Program-made: the position numbers and the translations under genes
Source: Octopus bimaculoides
Taxonomy: Eukaryota
NCBI RefSeq assembly: GCF_001194135.2
Contig: NC_068982.1
Location: 45,345,665-45,409,664 of the forward strand
DNA: 64,000 nucleotides
Reading direction: 5' to 3'
In this document: positions 55,389 through 63,926 of the stretch, piece after piece
Layout of the letters: each line of letters opens with the position of its first letter
How positions within the stretch are numbered: position 1 is the first letter of the stretch
Notes under the pieces: model-generated
Database searches by the model: none
What the model was told of the DNA's origin: nothing
What the model saw: the letters and a program-made list of their open reading frames with translations, nothing else

Positions 55389-58300
55389 GAGTTAGTGTGT
55401 GTGAGTGTATATCAAATAAAGAACTTAAAATAGGTACATCAAGCATAAAAGAAGAAAATTGAAATTATCCAGATACTGTCTGAATGATGAATGACAGCTA
55501 AGTGTTTTGTCATTTCCTGTGTCATTTAGGATGTTAAACGAATTTAAAAATTTTAAAATATCTAACTCACCAGTCCATATGGTTATCACAGTAATGATTT
55601 TTGAATAGTTGAACATTTAGTATTTGTTAATGTGTTTAGTTGATTCTATTTTTGCTTTTTGTTTTTAGATTCACACTAATAAAATGGAATACCTTCCCAA
55701 TGAAAACATTGAAGTTGAGATATCTGGTTCACCAGGCCAACATGTTGTGCTATTATTTATGGACAAGGCTATGGGTTACATTGACAGCCGACCCAAAATT
55801 ACAAAAGAATTTGTAAGTAATCTTGCTTTTGTATTTGGTTTGCAAGGTTCTTGATGTGAAACTATGTGCTGAAACTGATATTATTATATTTTGGGAGGGA
55901 CATTATACCAATAATAAACACACACACCGATTCTGTTTTACTACGTTCTTCATTCAAACCTGGAACAGATCTGGAGGAGAGAGGGCATGTATGTCATTGA
56001 TGAGGTCACAAATGACAATGAAAGAACTCTGTCAGACATAACTGATTGATTGATTGATTGATTAACCATATGATTAATCAAACAATTCATTAGTTAATTG
56101 TTAACTGGTTAATTAGTCAATCACTAATAATCAAAAATGTCCAATAGAACCACTGCATATGTATATTATTGTAAATAATTATTTGTTAAAATTAAAATAA
56201 GTCAATGTAGCAAATACTTTTCTGTATTACAAAATTCTACAGTTTCCTTGATATTAAACAGATGAGAGATAAATATCCCTTTGGATAGAAAACTGTTCTA
56301 CTTCAGGTAGTTTTTCAGTGAGGAAGATTAAACATGCTCTGCAAGCCAATGATTTCTGCAGTAATTTCACAAAAATGCTGTGGTTTATAGTGGTTATCAG
56401 ATTTGCAATATCTACATATAGCTAGGTAGACTTTGCCATCAACAGTTAAAAAGACTTAACCATGAACAGTGTCTGGTGGGATTGGAAAGGAATTTCTGTA
56501 CTATGAGCTTCTCCCAAGTAACCAGACAATTAATTCTGAGAAATACTGCACACAACTGGATGAGTTAAAAGCAGCAATTCAAGAGAAACGTCCTGAATTG
56601 GCCAACAGGAAGGGTGTTGTTTTCCAACATGATAATGCAAGACTGTAAGTTTCTTTGGGAACCAGACAAAAATTACTGCAGCTCGGCTGGAATGTGTTAG
56701 CTCACCCTCCATATTCATCAGATATTGCTCCTTCGAATTTCCACTTATTCATGTCTCTGCAGAATAGTCTTAATGGTAAAAATTTCAATTCCTTGGATGA
56801 GGTAAAAAGATACCTTGATTATTTCTTTGCCATGAAACCACCTCAGTTCTGGGAAGAGGGTATTTTCAAGTTAAAGGAAAGATGGAGACGCATTGTGCAA
56901 CAAAATGGTTCATATTTGGTTGATTAAAAATGTAATGGCAAGTATTTATTGACCTTTTTCTTTCCTTTAAAAATCAGCAAGAACTTTCCGGACAACCCAA
57001 TATATATATAGATATGTATGTATGTCTATATTTATGTGTATGTGTCTTTGTATTGGTGTTTGTTCCTCAACCATCACTTGACAACTGATGTTGGTGTGTT
57101 TACATCCCTGTGACTTAGCAGTTCGGCAAAAGAGGATGATAGAATAAGTACTAGGCTTACAAAGAATAAGTTCTGAGGTTGATTTCTCTAACTAAAAACC
57201 CTTTAAGGTGGTTCTCCAGCATGGCTACAGTCAAATGACTGAAACAAGTAAAAGAGTAAAAGAGTACAATATAACTAAACAATGCATTTTTGGAATGAAC
57301 TGTACATGAAATTAATTTCTAAAATATAATATATTTTATTGTCTATGTTTGTTATTAAACAGCATATTGCTAATTTTGTTCTCTCTATGGATTATAACAT
57401 TTCTAGATAAGAGATGAAATGCTTTTGAATCTCCAAACTGATAGAATGCTGAATGTAAGTTTGCATTTTGTCATTTCATTTTGTTTTATTTAATTTTTAT
57501 TTAATTTAATTTTATTTTTATAAGCTCTTTACAGCAAGATGCCTGTTCTTTTCCCTTTATCATATCTTGTCACCTGGCATAGAGTCACTTCTCTCAATAT
57601 TACTTCCCACCTCAGCTGAGGGTGTCTTTGTCTTGCAAGTTACTTGGTGACCCTGCTTGGAGCTGCTGCCACATAAAAAGCACCCAGGACATTCTGTACA
57701 GTTAGGAAAAACATCCAGCTATAGAAACCCTGACAGGAGAGCTTCACAAAGACTTGTACCTTGCCAGCTCCTGTCAAACTGTCTAACCCATGCCATCATG
57801 GAAATGAATGTTAAATGATATTGATGATTTCAAAATGAATGTTAAATGATATTGATGATTTCAAAAGCTCTGTGGAGTGGTTGGCATTTAAGGAGGGCAT
57901 CCAGCCATAGAAACCAAGCCAAGACAGACTGGAGCCTGGTGCAGCTCTGCAGCTCACCAGCTCCAGTCACACCATCTTACCCATTCAAGCATGGAAAATG
58001 GATGTTAAATGATGATGAATATATTTTAGATTTATTTCAATGCAGGCATAGCTATGTGGTTAAGAATTTTTTTTGCAACAACGTGGTTTTAGTTGAGTCC
58101 CATTGTGAGATACCTTGGGCAAGTATCTTCCACTATACCCCCAAGCTAACCAAGCCTTGTTGTAAATTTGGCAGATGGAAACAGAATAGAAGCATCTCTG
58201 TGCGGTAGTTGGTGCTAGGAAGGGCATCCAGCCAAAAAAACCATGCCAAAATGGACACGGAAGCCTGGTGTAGTCTTCTACCTGGCCAGCTCCTGTCAAA

Positions 58301-61300
58301 CCATTCAACACATGCCAGCATGGAAGGCAGACATTAAATGATGATGTATGATGCGGACATATTCTATGCCCATGAAATGTCAAATAATACCAAGCTGAAT
58401 CAAACTGTTACTATATATCCTCATTGTCATTTAACATCCACTTTTCCATGCTTGCATGGGTCAGAGAGAATTTATTGAGGCAGATTTTGTATGGCTGGAT
58501 GCTTTTCCCATCACCAACCCTCACCATTTTCCAAGCAAGGTTACATTTTGCCATCACTGGACATGTCTTTCCACAGAAGTGCGGAAATAAACAGCATTGT
58601 TTATATGTTGGTGATGCTCATTTACAAGAATCTTGTGATGTTAAGACAAAGGTACACACAAATATACATACACACACTATGCACACACAGCACACAACAT
58701 CATCTACAAGAGTAGTTTAGATGTATTTGTACTTAGCATTTCTCATATTCATTTTTTCAATCTTTTAATGTTGAATATTTCAAATGAAATTCATTAACTA
58801 CTGTTTTTATTTTTCCTTTACAGAATTTCAAGCTCTCTTTAATTGGGAATAGTGACAAAAAGAGAAGAGATGCAACAGTTGCAAAAGAAAATGTGCTCAA
58901 TTCTCGTGCTGTTCCTTCTACCATTCCTAAGGAATCTAATTTTTTGGTATCTTATACATTTTAACTATTTAACTTAACATAAAGGCTTTTAAATGTACAT
59001 GTGCTCTTCTACTGCTGATTTACTTCCTAAATTACAATATTAACCCATTCACATTTAAACCAGCCATATCCAGCTCAAATATTCTACATATTTTAGGTTA
59101 AAACTGACCAGCTCCAACCTCTCACACCAAACCTACAATGTCATTTTGAAAATATATAAACACACCATTGAAATCTTGAAGCTACAAGATAATGTGAGAT
59201 TAATTCAAAACAAAGTGAATAAATAAGAAACATTTGACAAAGAAATCTGGATGTAGATATGAAATTGTAATGTCCCAAACTTAGCACAAATGTTATATTG
59301 TATATTCACATGCAAGTTGAATTTTATTTGAAAAATGCTTAGCCTTTTTAATAAATTTATTTTTTAAAAAATATGACCATAAAAATTAATTCAAATTAAA
59401 TTATATATTCATTTCAGCATATAAAAAAAGAAAAAGAACCATACAATTCTTAATAATTAAATTTCTAAAAAATATTGGAATTAACTTTATTTCTTATCTC
59501 TTATTCCATTCTGTTTGTATCTGCAGGCAGAGCCTTCCCCTATGTCTCAAAGTTTGTTCAATGCTAATGTTGCTGAAGACTGTAAGTCTAAATTTATATT
59601 TATATATATATCTAACCTTCATATATTGCTTCATTTGATAGTTTTTATTTGCTTTTTCCTGAAATATTTTTCAAGGTGTTTCAAAATGTTTTTATTATTA
59701 TTATTTTTTTTCTTTTTAAGAATCTCTTTTATTGTTTAGTCTGAAGAGAAGGCACTGCTCAGGAGATCCTTTAGAAGGCTCCTGAAGCTGGTAGGAGGGA
59801 AGGAGAAAGGTATCCTCAAAGTGGAGACTAGGTTTCAATGCTTGCAATAGAGTGGACTTCACTAAAGGCTCTTAAGAACTGGTGGTGGTGTTAAACTGGT
59901 CCTTGAGTGGCATTAGAAGAGCCCACTTTTAAGCTTTTATGCTAGGTCTCTGGTTTCAGGATATTTCTGACACCTACCTTCCTCCCATTAATTTTTAGAA
60001 GTCATATAAAATATTTTGAGTATTGCCTGAATGTTATGTAAATTAAAATGTTGCTAATTATTTGAATTAATATTTTAAATAATTTAAGGTAGTGAGCTGG
60101 CAGAATCGTTAGCATTCCAGGCAAAATACTTAGCAATATTTCGTCTGTCTTTACATTCTAAGTTCAAATTCTGCTGAGGTTGATTCTGCCTTTCATCCCT
60201 TTAGGATCAATAGAATAAGTACCAGTTGAGTACTGGGATTGATGTCATTGAATTTCTTCCCCTGAAATTGCTGGCCTTGAGCCAAAATTTGAAAGCGACA
60301 TCTTAAATAATTTATATCAAGCATTTATGACTCCATCAATTTTATTTATATCATTTTGTCTTCTTTTGTTTTCAGACTCGACTGATTCTTTATCTGGAAT
60401 GTTTTATGATCTAACATTGAGGTAATGTATATTTTCTGAAACTCTTTGTGAGAAATTGTTTTGAAGGGATATGCAGTTTTTTTTTTATTGGGTTATTCAA
60501 TGCAGTTATAATACTAATGAGAACCACAGATGTCTTAGTTGATAGCTCAGTGGTTCTCAACCATTTTCTGCCTATGGATCCCTTTGATTCCTATTCTACT
60601 CTACTGGACCCCCATAGCTATTCAATGTATATAAAAACCATCCTACTGGATTTTTGTAATTTAATGTTATTAGGAGTTGTATTAAAAATTAAAATATTCT
60701 GTGTATTAAAGAAGTATAGCCAATTTATTGTACATAAATTTTAACAATAAAATCCTATATGAACCCCGGTTGAGAACTACTGTAGCTAAAGGTTTAATTC
60801 TTTAGCATTCAAATCTGCCATATCTGGCCTAAATACTTTACCTGTTCTATGTTCAAATCAGCCAAATTCAGCCTCTTACATCTACCCCACAATATCATTA
60901 CCAAAGTAAAGAGTCACATCACAGAAATCTCATAGCTATGAGATAATGCATAACTGATTCAAAATAATGTGATTAAGTAAACATTACGTTTCAGAGTTCT
61001 TCTCACTCAACTCATGTGGTACCCAAACATCGGAGTGATTTGTGTACCCAAGCTTTACCAGGTGCTCATGAAGAATGGATTTTGATAGCTTGTGTATATA
61101 TATATATATATATATACACACACATTATTCTCCACTCTTACTGTGCTCTCTACACCTTCTGATTGATTCTTACATGTGTTAACAAGTACCTCCTTGCAAC
61201 AATGTAAACTTTCATTCAGTTAAGATACCCTTGGCCTGAAGAGTAGCCTACGGTGTACACCTCACTTGGATATTTACCACTTCCAAGGTTCTGCTTGCTA

Positions 61301-63926
61301 TGAAACATATGTAGCCCAGATCTTATCTACTCCATTCCTTAACTCTTGTATTCATATTCGCATACTTGGCAACCCTGATCACCGACCATGAAATATAAAA
61401 AAGAGACCTTTTTATAGTTTATCGTACTTTGATGTGAAAAAATCCACACTCTCCTATCTCAATGAACCACTATTGTCCTTGAAAGTTGTTTATTATATTT
61501 ACTATGGATTGGTTGAAGCTAACTTTCTTCCTACACCTTGATCCTTGGATTGATCCTGGTGTCATGTAACTGGCACCTGTGCCAGTGGCATGTGGATATA
61601 GCACCTTTCAAAAGTTGAGCCTCATGGAGGCACAGTGATTGATGCTGGTGTCTCATAACTGGCACCCATGCTGGCGGCATGTAAAAAGCACCTTTCAAGC
61701 ATTTGGGCCTCATGGAGGCAAAGTGGCCGATGCCGGTGACACGTGAAAAGCACTTTCCAAGTTTTGGGCCTCACAGAGGCAATGGTGAATGACCAAGGCA
61801 TTATGGCGTGAGGAAAGGCAAAGTCAACCTCAATAGAATTTGAACTCTAAGCATAATGGGTTGGTACAAATACCATAAAGTACTTTTCTGACACTTCTGT
61901 TGGCTTGCTGACCTTACTGTGAGGTGACTGTCGTTATCGTTAGACCTAACTCATCATAAATAAATACCACTATGAGTGCGCAATGATGCCATCAACAGGT
62001 TGGTCCTGAAACAACATGTATTCTGTCTTCATGACCCCATAAACTTGCTAGCATCCAGTATGTGAAGCTTTCAACTGGTAACACTTGCAACTGCGAGTTG
62101 TTTGCAAAAAAAATCCAATAGTAATAACATTTATATAATTTGTTCTAAAATCACACTATATATATATATATATATTTTTTTTTTGTCTTTCAACAGAAAT
62201 GATGGTATGCAGAAGATAAATTTCTCTTTACCAGATAATCTTACCACTTGGGAGATTCAAGGTTTCGGAATTATTGATAATACACATTTCTGTGTAGCTG
62301 AAATAGCTGAAGTGAAAACTTTCAAAAGTTTTGTTGTCAAAATGAATTTCCCTAAAGTTGTAAAGCAATTTAATTTTACAATGGTTACGGTTCTTCTATA
62401 TAACTATAAGAATACAGCTCTACGAGTAAGTTCCAGCATTACATTTATATGTTTTCCATTCAGTTTCATCATCATCCACATCATCGTTGTCATCATCTTG
62501 TGATCATATTTCATCATCATTGTCCTGCTCCTCCTCTTCATCATCATTATCATCATTATTATTGCCAATACTATCATCATCATCATCATCATCATCATAT
62601 TATTATCATCATTATTGTCCTTGCTGTCATCATCATCATATTCAATCACATTGTCATCATCACCACTGTCATTATTACCATTGTCATCATCGTTATTATC
62701 ATCATCGTTGTTGTTGTCATCATCATCATTATCATTTATTTCTGCTTCCCATGCTAGAATGGGTTGGTATGGGTTAGACCATGTCAGTTCGTATTTATTT
62801 GGAGTTATTTGTGTATGTGTGTTATTGTGTTGTGTTGTGTGTGTGTATATGGTGTTTAATGTGTGTGTGTGTGTGCATGCATGCACGTCAGTGTATACAT
62901 TTGTTCACATGCATGTGTGTTTATGCAGGTGTTTACATTTTGTGCTTCTCATGAAAATTACTGAGCTGTAAATAGTGACGTTTGCTGACATTTCCCAGTC
63001 AACAAATCCTTTAGTAGTTCTGTGCTTTCAAAGAGGAGTAAAATAAAACTCCCTTACTCGAAAAACAGGTATGGATCAGTAACAGGAAGGTTGTCCAGCT
63101 ATAAGACAATGCCTCAATAATGTTTATTTGTTTAACTTTTGTTAGTATGGAAAAATGGACCAGCTGTAAAACCCATGCCAAAACCCACCTTACCAGTACT
63201 GGTGCCACATAAAATGCACTCAATCCACATTGTAAAGTGGTTGGTGTTAGAAAGGGCATCCAGCCATAAAAACCATGTAAAAACAGACATTGAGACCTGG
63301 TGCAGTCTTCTGGTGATCCAGCTACTGTCAAACCTTCTAATCCAATGGTTCTCAACTATTTTTTGCTTGTGAACCTTGATTCCTCTTTTACTTGGGTGGA
63401 CTCCCATAGCCATTTGTTGTTTTTAAAAATCCCATATTTTTATATTTAAATACCATTGGGAATCATATATAAAAAGAATTTGTTAAAATACTTTGTGTAT
63501 TGTAGAAGTATAAGCAATATATTGTAGATAAATTTTAATTATATCTTATATGGACCCTGCAAGGGCCAATTAGACCCCAGTTGAGAACCACTGATCCAAT
63601 CTGTGCCAGCATGAAAAATGGACATTAAGTGATGGTGGTGGTGACGACGATGATATGTTTTGTTTTGTCTTACAAATTAAACCATTTTTATTTTCCTTTT
63701 TTGTTCCTAGGTACAAGTTACACTTCATGAATCAGCAGATGTTTGCTCATATGTCAATAGAAATGGACATCATTATGAAACAAGTGTTGATATTGAAGCA
63801 AATGAGTCTAAATCTATCTTTTTTGTTATTCGGCCTCTTAATTTAGGAAAATTTCCCCTTAAGGTCTCTGCAAGAGATACTGGATCAAATGATATAGAAA
63901 TCATTGAAGAAGAAATGTTTGTTCAA
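15355..63926 (+). CDS. C3-like: Complement C3-like thioester-family (A2M/C3/TEP) gene, partial: 18 exons covering MG1-MG7; 5' signal exon not found, 3' part beyond the window
   Basis: Manually joined GT-AG exons give one open frame of about 732 aa. It carries family motifs in the correct order: IFIQTNLPIY (cf. FIQTDKxIY), QEYIVPKF (cf. EYVLPxF), YMYNKPV (cf. YxYGKxV), YYMIISKGKIL, IPTAKFLVYY, DICPY, LLFMDKA (cf. AVDKG), KKRR, LPDNLTTWE, FCVAE, LYNY, DVCS, IRPLNLG. The family assignment is from recalled C3/A2M sequences, not a database search. Confidence 0.9.
15620..15995 (-). mobile_element. SINE family B copy
   Basis: cagtttccgtctaccaaatccactcacaaggctttggtcgg core. Confidence 0.8.
17245..17560 (+). 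mobile_element. SINE family C copy
   Basis: tRNA-like head, ccttgagcaagacactttattt core. Confidence 0.8.
17715..17935 (-). mobile_element. SINE family A copy (low divergence)
   Basis: Nearly identical to 43645-43876 and 52987-53218. Confidence 0.85.
18258..19142. mobile_element. About 885-bp foldback element with long inverted arms
   Basis: gacttaggaagcaccaacaagttggaattt / aaattccaacttgttggttcttcccaagtc; internal arms about 18410-18600 and 18755-18935 are reverse complements. Confidence 0.75.
19278..19505 (+). CDS. C3-like exon (MG1/MG2): NQVLFNISVEG...GHIFIQTNLPIYRRNEK
   Basis: tttttag|ga...aaag|gtgagt; phase 1 to 1; FIQTxxPIY motif. Confidence 0.9.
19805..20580 (+). mobile_element. Internally deleted DNA transposon remnant, CMC/Chapaev3-like transposase
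   Basis: Fragments YFDCPLGDQDKLWA.H.IC..C, YLNLDSAMRPVPH..SLPIP and DEHGERFHQNI..MEK..QG.W..SMLADY.W; superfamily name is from recall. Confidence 0.6.
22990..24420 (-). mobile_element. Highly decayed LINE ORF2 3' region
   Basis: Minus-strand fragments KKLDPIVNALCRLITG and GRVNVILNKW...C with many frameshifts. Confidence 0.45.
24509..24705 (+). repeat. About 92-bp tandem repeat, about 2.1 copies
   Basis: acttcgat..gtg...gatattgaggtgacttc...ggctgccct...aaaactcagtaa recurs at an offset of 91-92 bp. Confidence 0.8.
28503..28573 (+). CDS. C3-like exon (MG2): VTIRIFLLNETMHINKYQVLVTLK
   Basis: ttttttcag|ta...aag|gtaact; phase 1 to 0; fills the expected VxxRI segment between neighbouring exons. 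Confidence 0.85.
29580..29905 (+). mobile_element. SINE family B copy
   Basis: gactgtgtggttaagaagcttgc...ttgggcaagtgtctt head and core. Confidence 0.8.
30232..30369 (+). CDS. C3-like exon (MG2): DPSNTAVYSNIFYETSPYLRLAYLLNSSAPFGLWTVSVKYLGRHLE
   Basis: ttttcag|gat...gag|gtaaat; phase 0 to 0; DP-x-(G/N) and G-x-W-x-(I/V) motifs. Confidence 0.9.
30461..30544. repeat. (TAT)n microsatellite preceding a SINE A copy at about 30545-30780
   Basis: Visible directly in the sequence. Confidence 0.95.
32282..32522. repeat. Near-perfect inverted repeat: 86-bp arms with a loop of about 69 bp
   Basis: 32282-32367 versus the reverse complement of 32437-32522: 3 mismatches in 86 bp. Confidence 0.95.
35196..35318. 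repeat. (GTGTGT..ATCTAT) 14-16-bp minisatellite inside a SINE B copy at about 35070-35520
   Basis: Visible directly in the sequence. Confidence 0.85.
36420..36643 (+). mobile_element. TTAA-ended (piggyBac-like) MITE family E; other copies near 28940-29063, 36165-36320, 38721-38929, 43050-43150, 59040-59250 and 60795-60990
   Basis: ttaacccttNagNaNtcagatt... at the start and ...gtttaaatgctaaagNgttaa at the end; shared internal ggccagtttgaacataaaa. Confidence 0.65.
36866..36908 (+). CDS. C3-like exon (MG2/MG3 junction): LLKEKSSTFMVQEY
   Basis: ttttag|tta...tata|gtaagt; phase 0 to 1; F-x-V-x-EY motif. Confidence 0.85.
38523..38610 (+). CDS. C3-like exon (MG3): IVPKFQLEINTEPKLIAEDTDVVNVAVSAR
   Basis: ctttaag|tt...gcaag|gtaagt; phase 1 to 2; completes EY-IVPKF. 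Confidence 0.9.
40232..40500. mobile_element. Short retroelement family D ((CAT)n-terminated); many copies, e.g. 39080-39335, 43150-43500, 48000-48540, 57600-58350, 63130-63655
   Basis: Shared ggctggatgcccttcctaacaccaaccac core and catcatcatcatttaa end. Confidence 0.75.
40653..40731 (+). CDS. C3-like exon (MG3): YMYNKPVVGQVYMEASYGRSYFDSMQ
   Basis: atttcag|a...cag|gtaaag; phase 2 to 0; Y-x-Y-x-KPV-x-G motif. Confidence 0.9.
42796..42966 (+). CDS. C3-like exon (MG3 C-part): LENGKSNFSIRLMEKPANLHMFHVKVRVIES...ESDPKYK
   Basis: cattaaag|tta...aaa|gtaagt; phase 0 to 0; (I/L)xNG and V-x-V-x-E pattern. Confidence 0.8.
43645..43876 (-). mobile_element. Young SINE A with a perfect 16-bp TSD
   Basis: tgatcctatgtattca at both 43629-43644 and 43877-43892. 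Confidence 0.92.
43956..44063 (+). CDS. C3-like exon (MG4 end/MG5 start): ELQDANENKYFEDLLSNQENGNVSIALTLSEKEVLT
   Basis: atttttag|gag...aca|gtaagt; phase 0 to 0; open frame; aligns by eye to the C3 NSNNYLHLSV region. Confidence 0.75.
44230..44617 (-). mobile_element. Full-length SINE family B
   Basis: Ends cagccactcctacgcct (5' head on the minus strand), with an internal TA/CA microsatellite. Confidence 0.85.
45270..45662 (+). mobile_element. SINE family C variant with an 11-bp TSD
   Basis: gttactgaagt flanks both sides; tRNA-like head tggcacagtggttagggcagcggactc...tttcgattccc. Confidence 0.85.
45832..45897 (+). CDS. C3-like exon (MG5): AGMKVRITAQPTDTSVRTLYYM
   Basis: ttttgtacag|gct...atg|gtaaga; phase 0 to 0; cf. 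C3 PGETLNV...IRYYTY. Confidence 0.85.
48868..49053 (+). CDS. C3-like exon (MG5): IISKGKILLL...HMIPTAKFLVYYFQNERIITASINLNVYDICPYK
   Basis: ttttgcag|att...aag|gtaaaa; phase 0 to 0; I-x-S-K-G-x-I and P-x-x-x-(F/L)-x-x-YY motifs. Confidence 0.92.
50110..50516 (+). mobile_element. Full-length SINE family B
   Basis: A-box tggctgtgtggtaag, B-box ggttcagtccc, (aaagagta)n tail. Confidence 0.88.
50955..51103. repeat. (ACC/ATC)n low-complexity tract next to an N gap
   Basis: Visible directly; source of the spurious poly-His/Thr/Pro ORFs. Confidence 0.9.
52987..53218 (-). mobile_element. Young SINE A inserted into the head of a SINE B, 14-bp TSD
   Basis: atgagtggctgtgt at both 52973-52986 and 53219-53232. 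Confidence 0.9.
53988..54208. mobile_element. Mariner-like MITE
   Basis: TIR atgagagggtgctgagaagttcct / aggaacatttcaacaccctctcat. Confidence 0.7.
55669..55812 (+). CDS. C3-like exon (MG6a): IHTNKMEYLPNENIEVEISGSPGQHVVLLFMDKAMGYIDSRPKITKEF
   Basis: gtttttag|att...ttt|gtaagt; phase 0 to 0; cf. PGQ...V-x-L-x-AVDK. Confidence 0.9.
56465..57000 (+). mobile_element. Tc1/mariner (DD34D) transposase 3' half with right TIR, frameshifted
   Basis: VWWDWKG, FQHDNAR, HPPYSSDIAPSNFHLF, W..IV..NG.Y; ends gaactttccggacaacccaata followed by TA. Confidence 0.92.
57407..57454 (+). CDS. C3-like small exon (linker position): IRDEMLLNLQTDRMLN
   Basis: tttctag|ata...aat|gtaagt; 48 nt, phase 0 to 0. It has little family motif, so it is less certain and could be skipped in frame. 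Confidence 0.6.
58824..58946 (+). CDS. C3-like exon with tetrabasic site: NFKLSLIGNSDKKRRDATVAKENVLNSRAVPSTIPKESNFL
   Basis: cctttacag|aat...ttg|gtatct; phase 0 to 0; KKRR lies at the beta/alpha chain boundary position. Confidence 0.8.
59527..59581 (+). CDS. C3-like exon (bait/alpha-NT-like): AEPSPMSQSLFNANVAED
   Basis: tatctgcag|gca...gact|gtaagt; phase 0 to 1. Confidence 0.75.
60376..60421 (+). CDS. C3-like exon: YSTDSLSGMFYDLTL(R)
   Basis: gttttcag|ac...tgag|gtaatg; phase 1 to 2, which bridges exactly the phases of the two flanking exons. Confidence 0.75.
60548..60782. mobile_element. hAT-type MITE (second copy at 63343-63593, nested in a family D element)
   Basis: TIR cagtggttctcaacc / ggttgagaactactg; both copies share the internal AT-rich sequence. 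Confidence 0.75.
62197..62425 (+). CDS. C3-like exon (MG6b/MG7): NDGMQKINFSLPDNLTTWEIQGFGIIDNTHFCVAE...TVLLYNYKNTALR
   Basis: tttcaacag|a...cga|gtaagt; phase 2 to 0; PD-x-(L/I)TTW, CVA and LYNY motifs typical of the A2M/C3 family. Confidence 0.95.
62460..62740. repeat. Degenerate (ATC)n low-complexity tract
   Basis: Visible directly; source of the His/Ile/Ser/Asp-rich spurious ORFs. Confidence 0.9.
63711..63926 (+). CDS. C3-like exon (MG7): VQVTLHESADVCSYVNRNGHHYETSVDIEANESKSIFFVIRPLNLGKFPLKVSARDTGSNDIEIIEEEMFVQ
   Basis: ttcctag|gta...caa|gtgaat; phase 0 to 0; cf. C3 VELLHNPAFCS...VPYVIVPLKTG. Confidence 0.9.

Noticed and set aside
54300-55397. Duplicated (TA)n-cacacgagttag on both sides of the gap
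   Set aside because: Most likely an assembly overlap artefact at the contig ends rather than a real duplication.
61550-61800. Tandem units of about 60-85 bp with ggcacc/gcctcatggaggca motifs (also 43340-43440 and 48000-48400)
   Set aside because: They are internal tandem repeats of retroelement family D, not an independent array.
62404-62971. Asp/Asn-, His-, Ile- and Ser-rich ORFs
   Set aside because: They are translations of a degenerate (ATC)n tract inside an intron.
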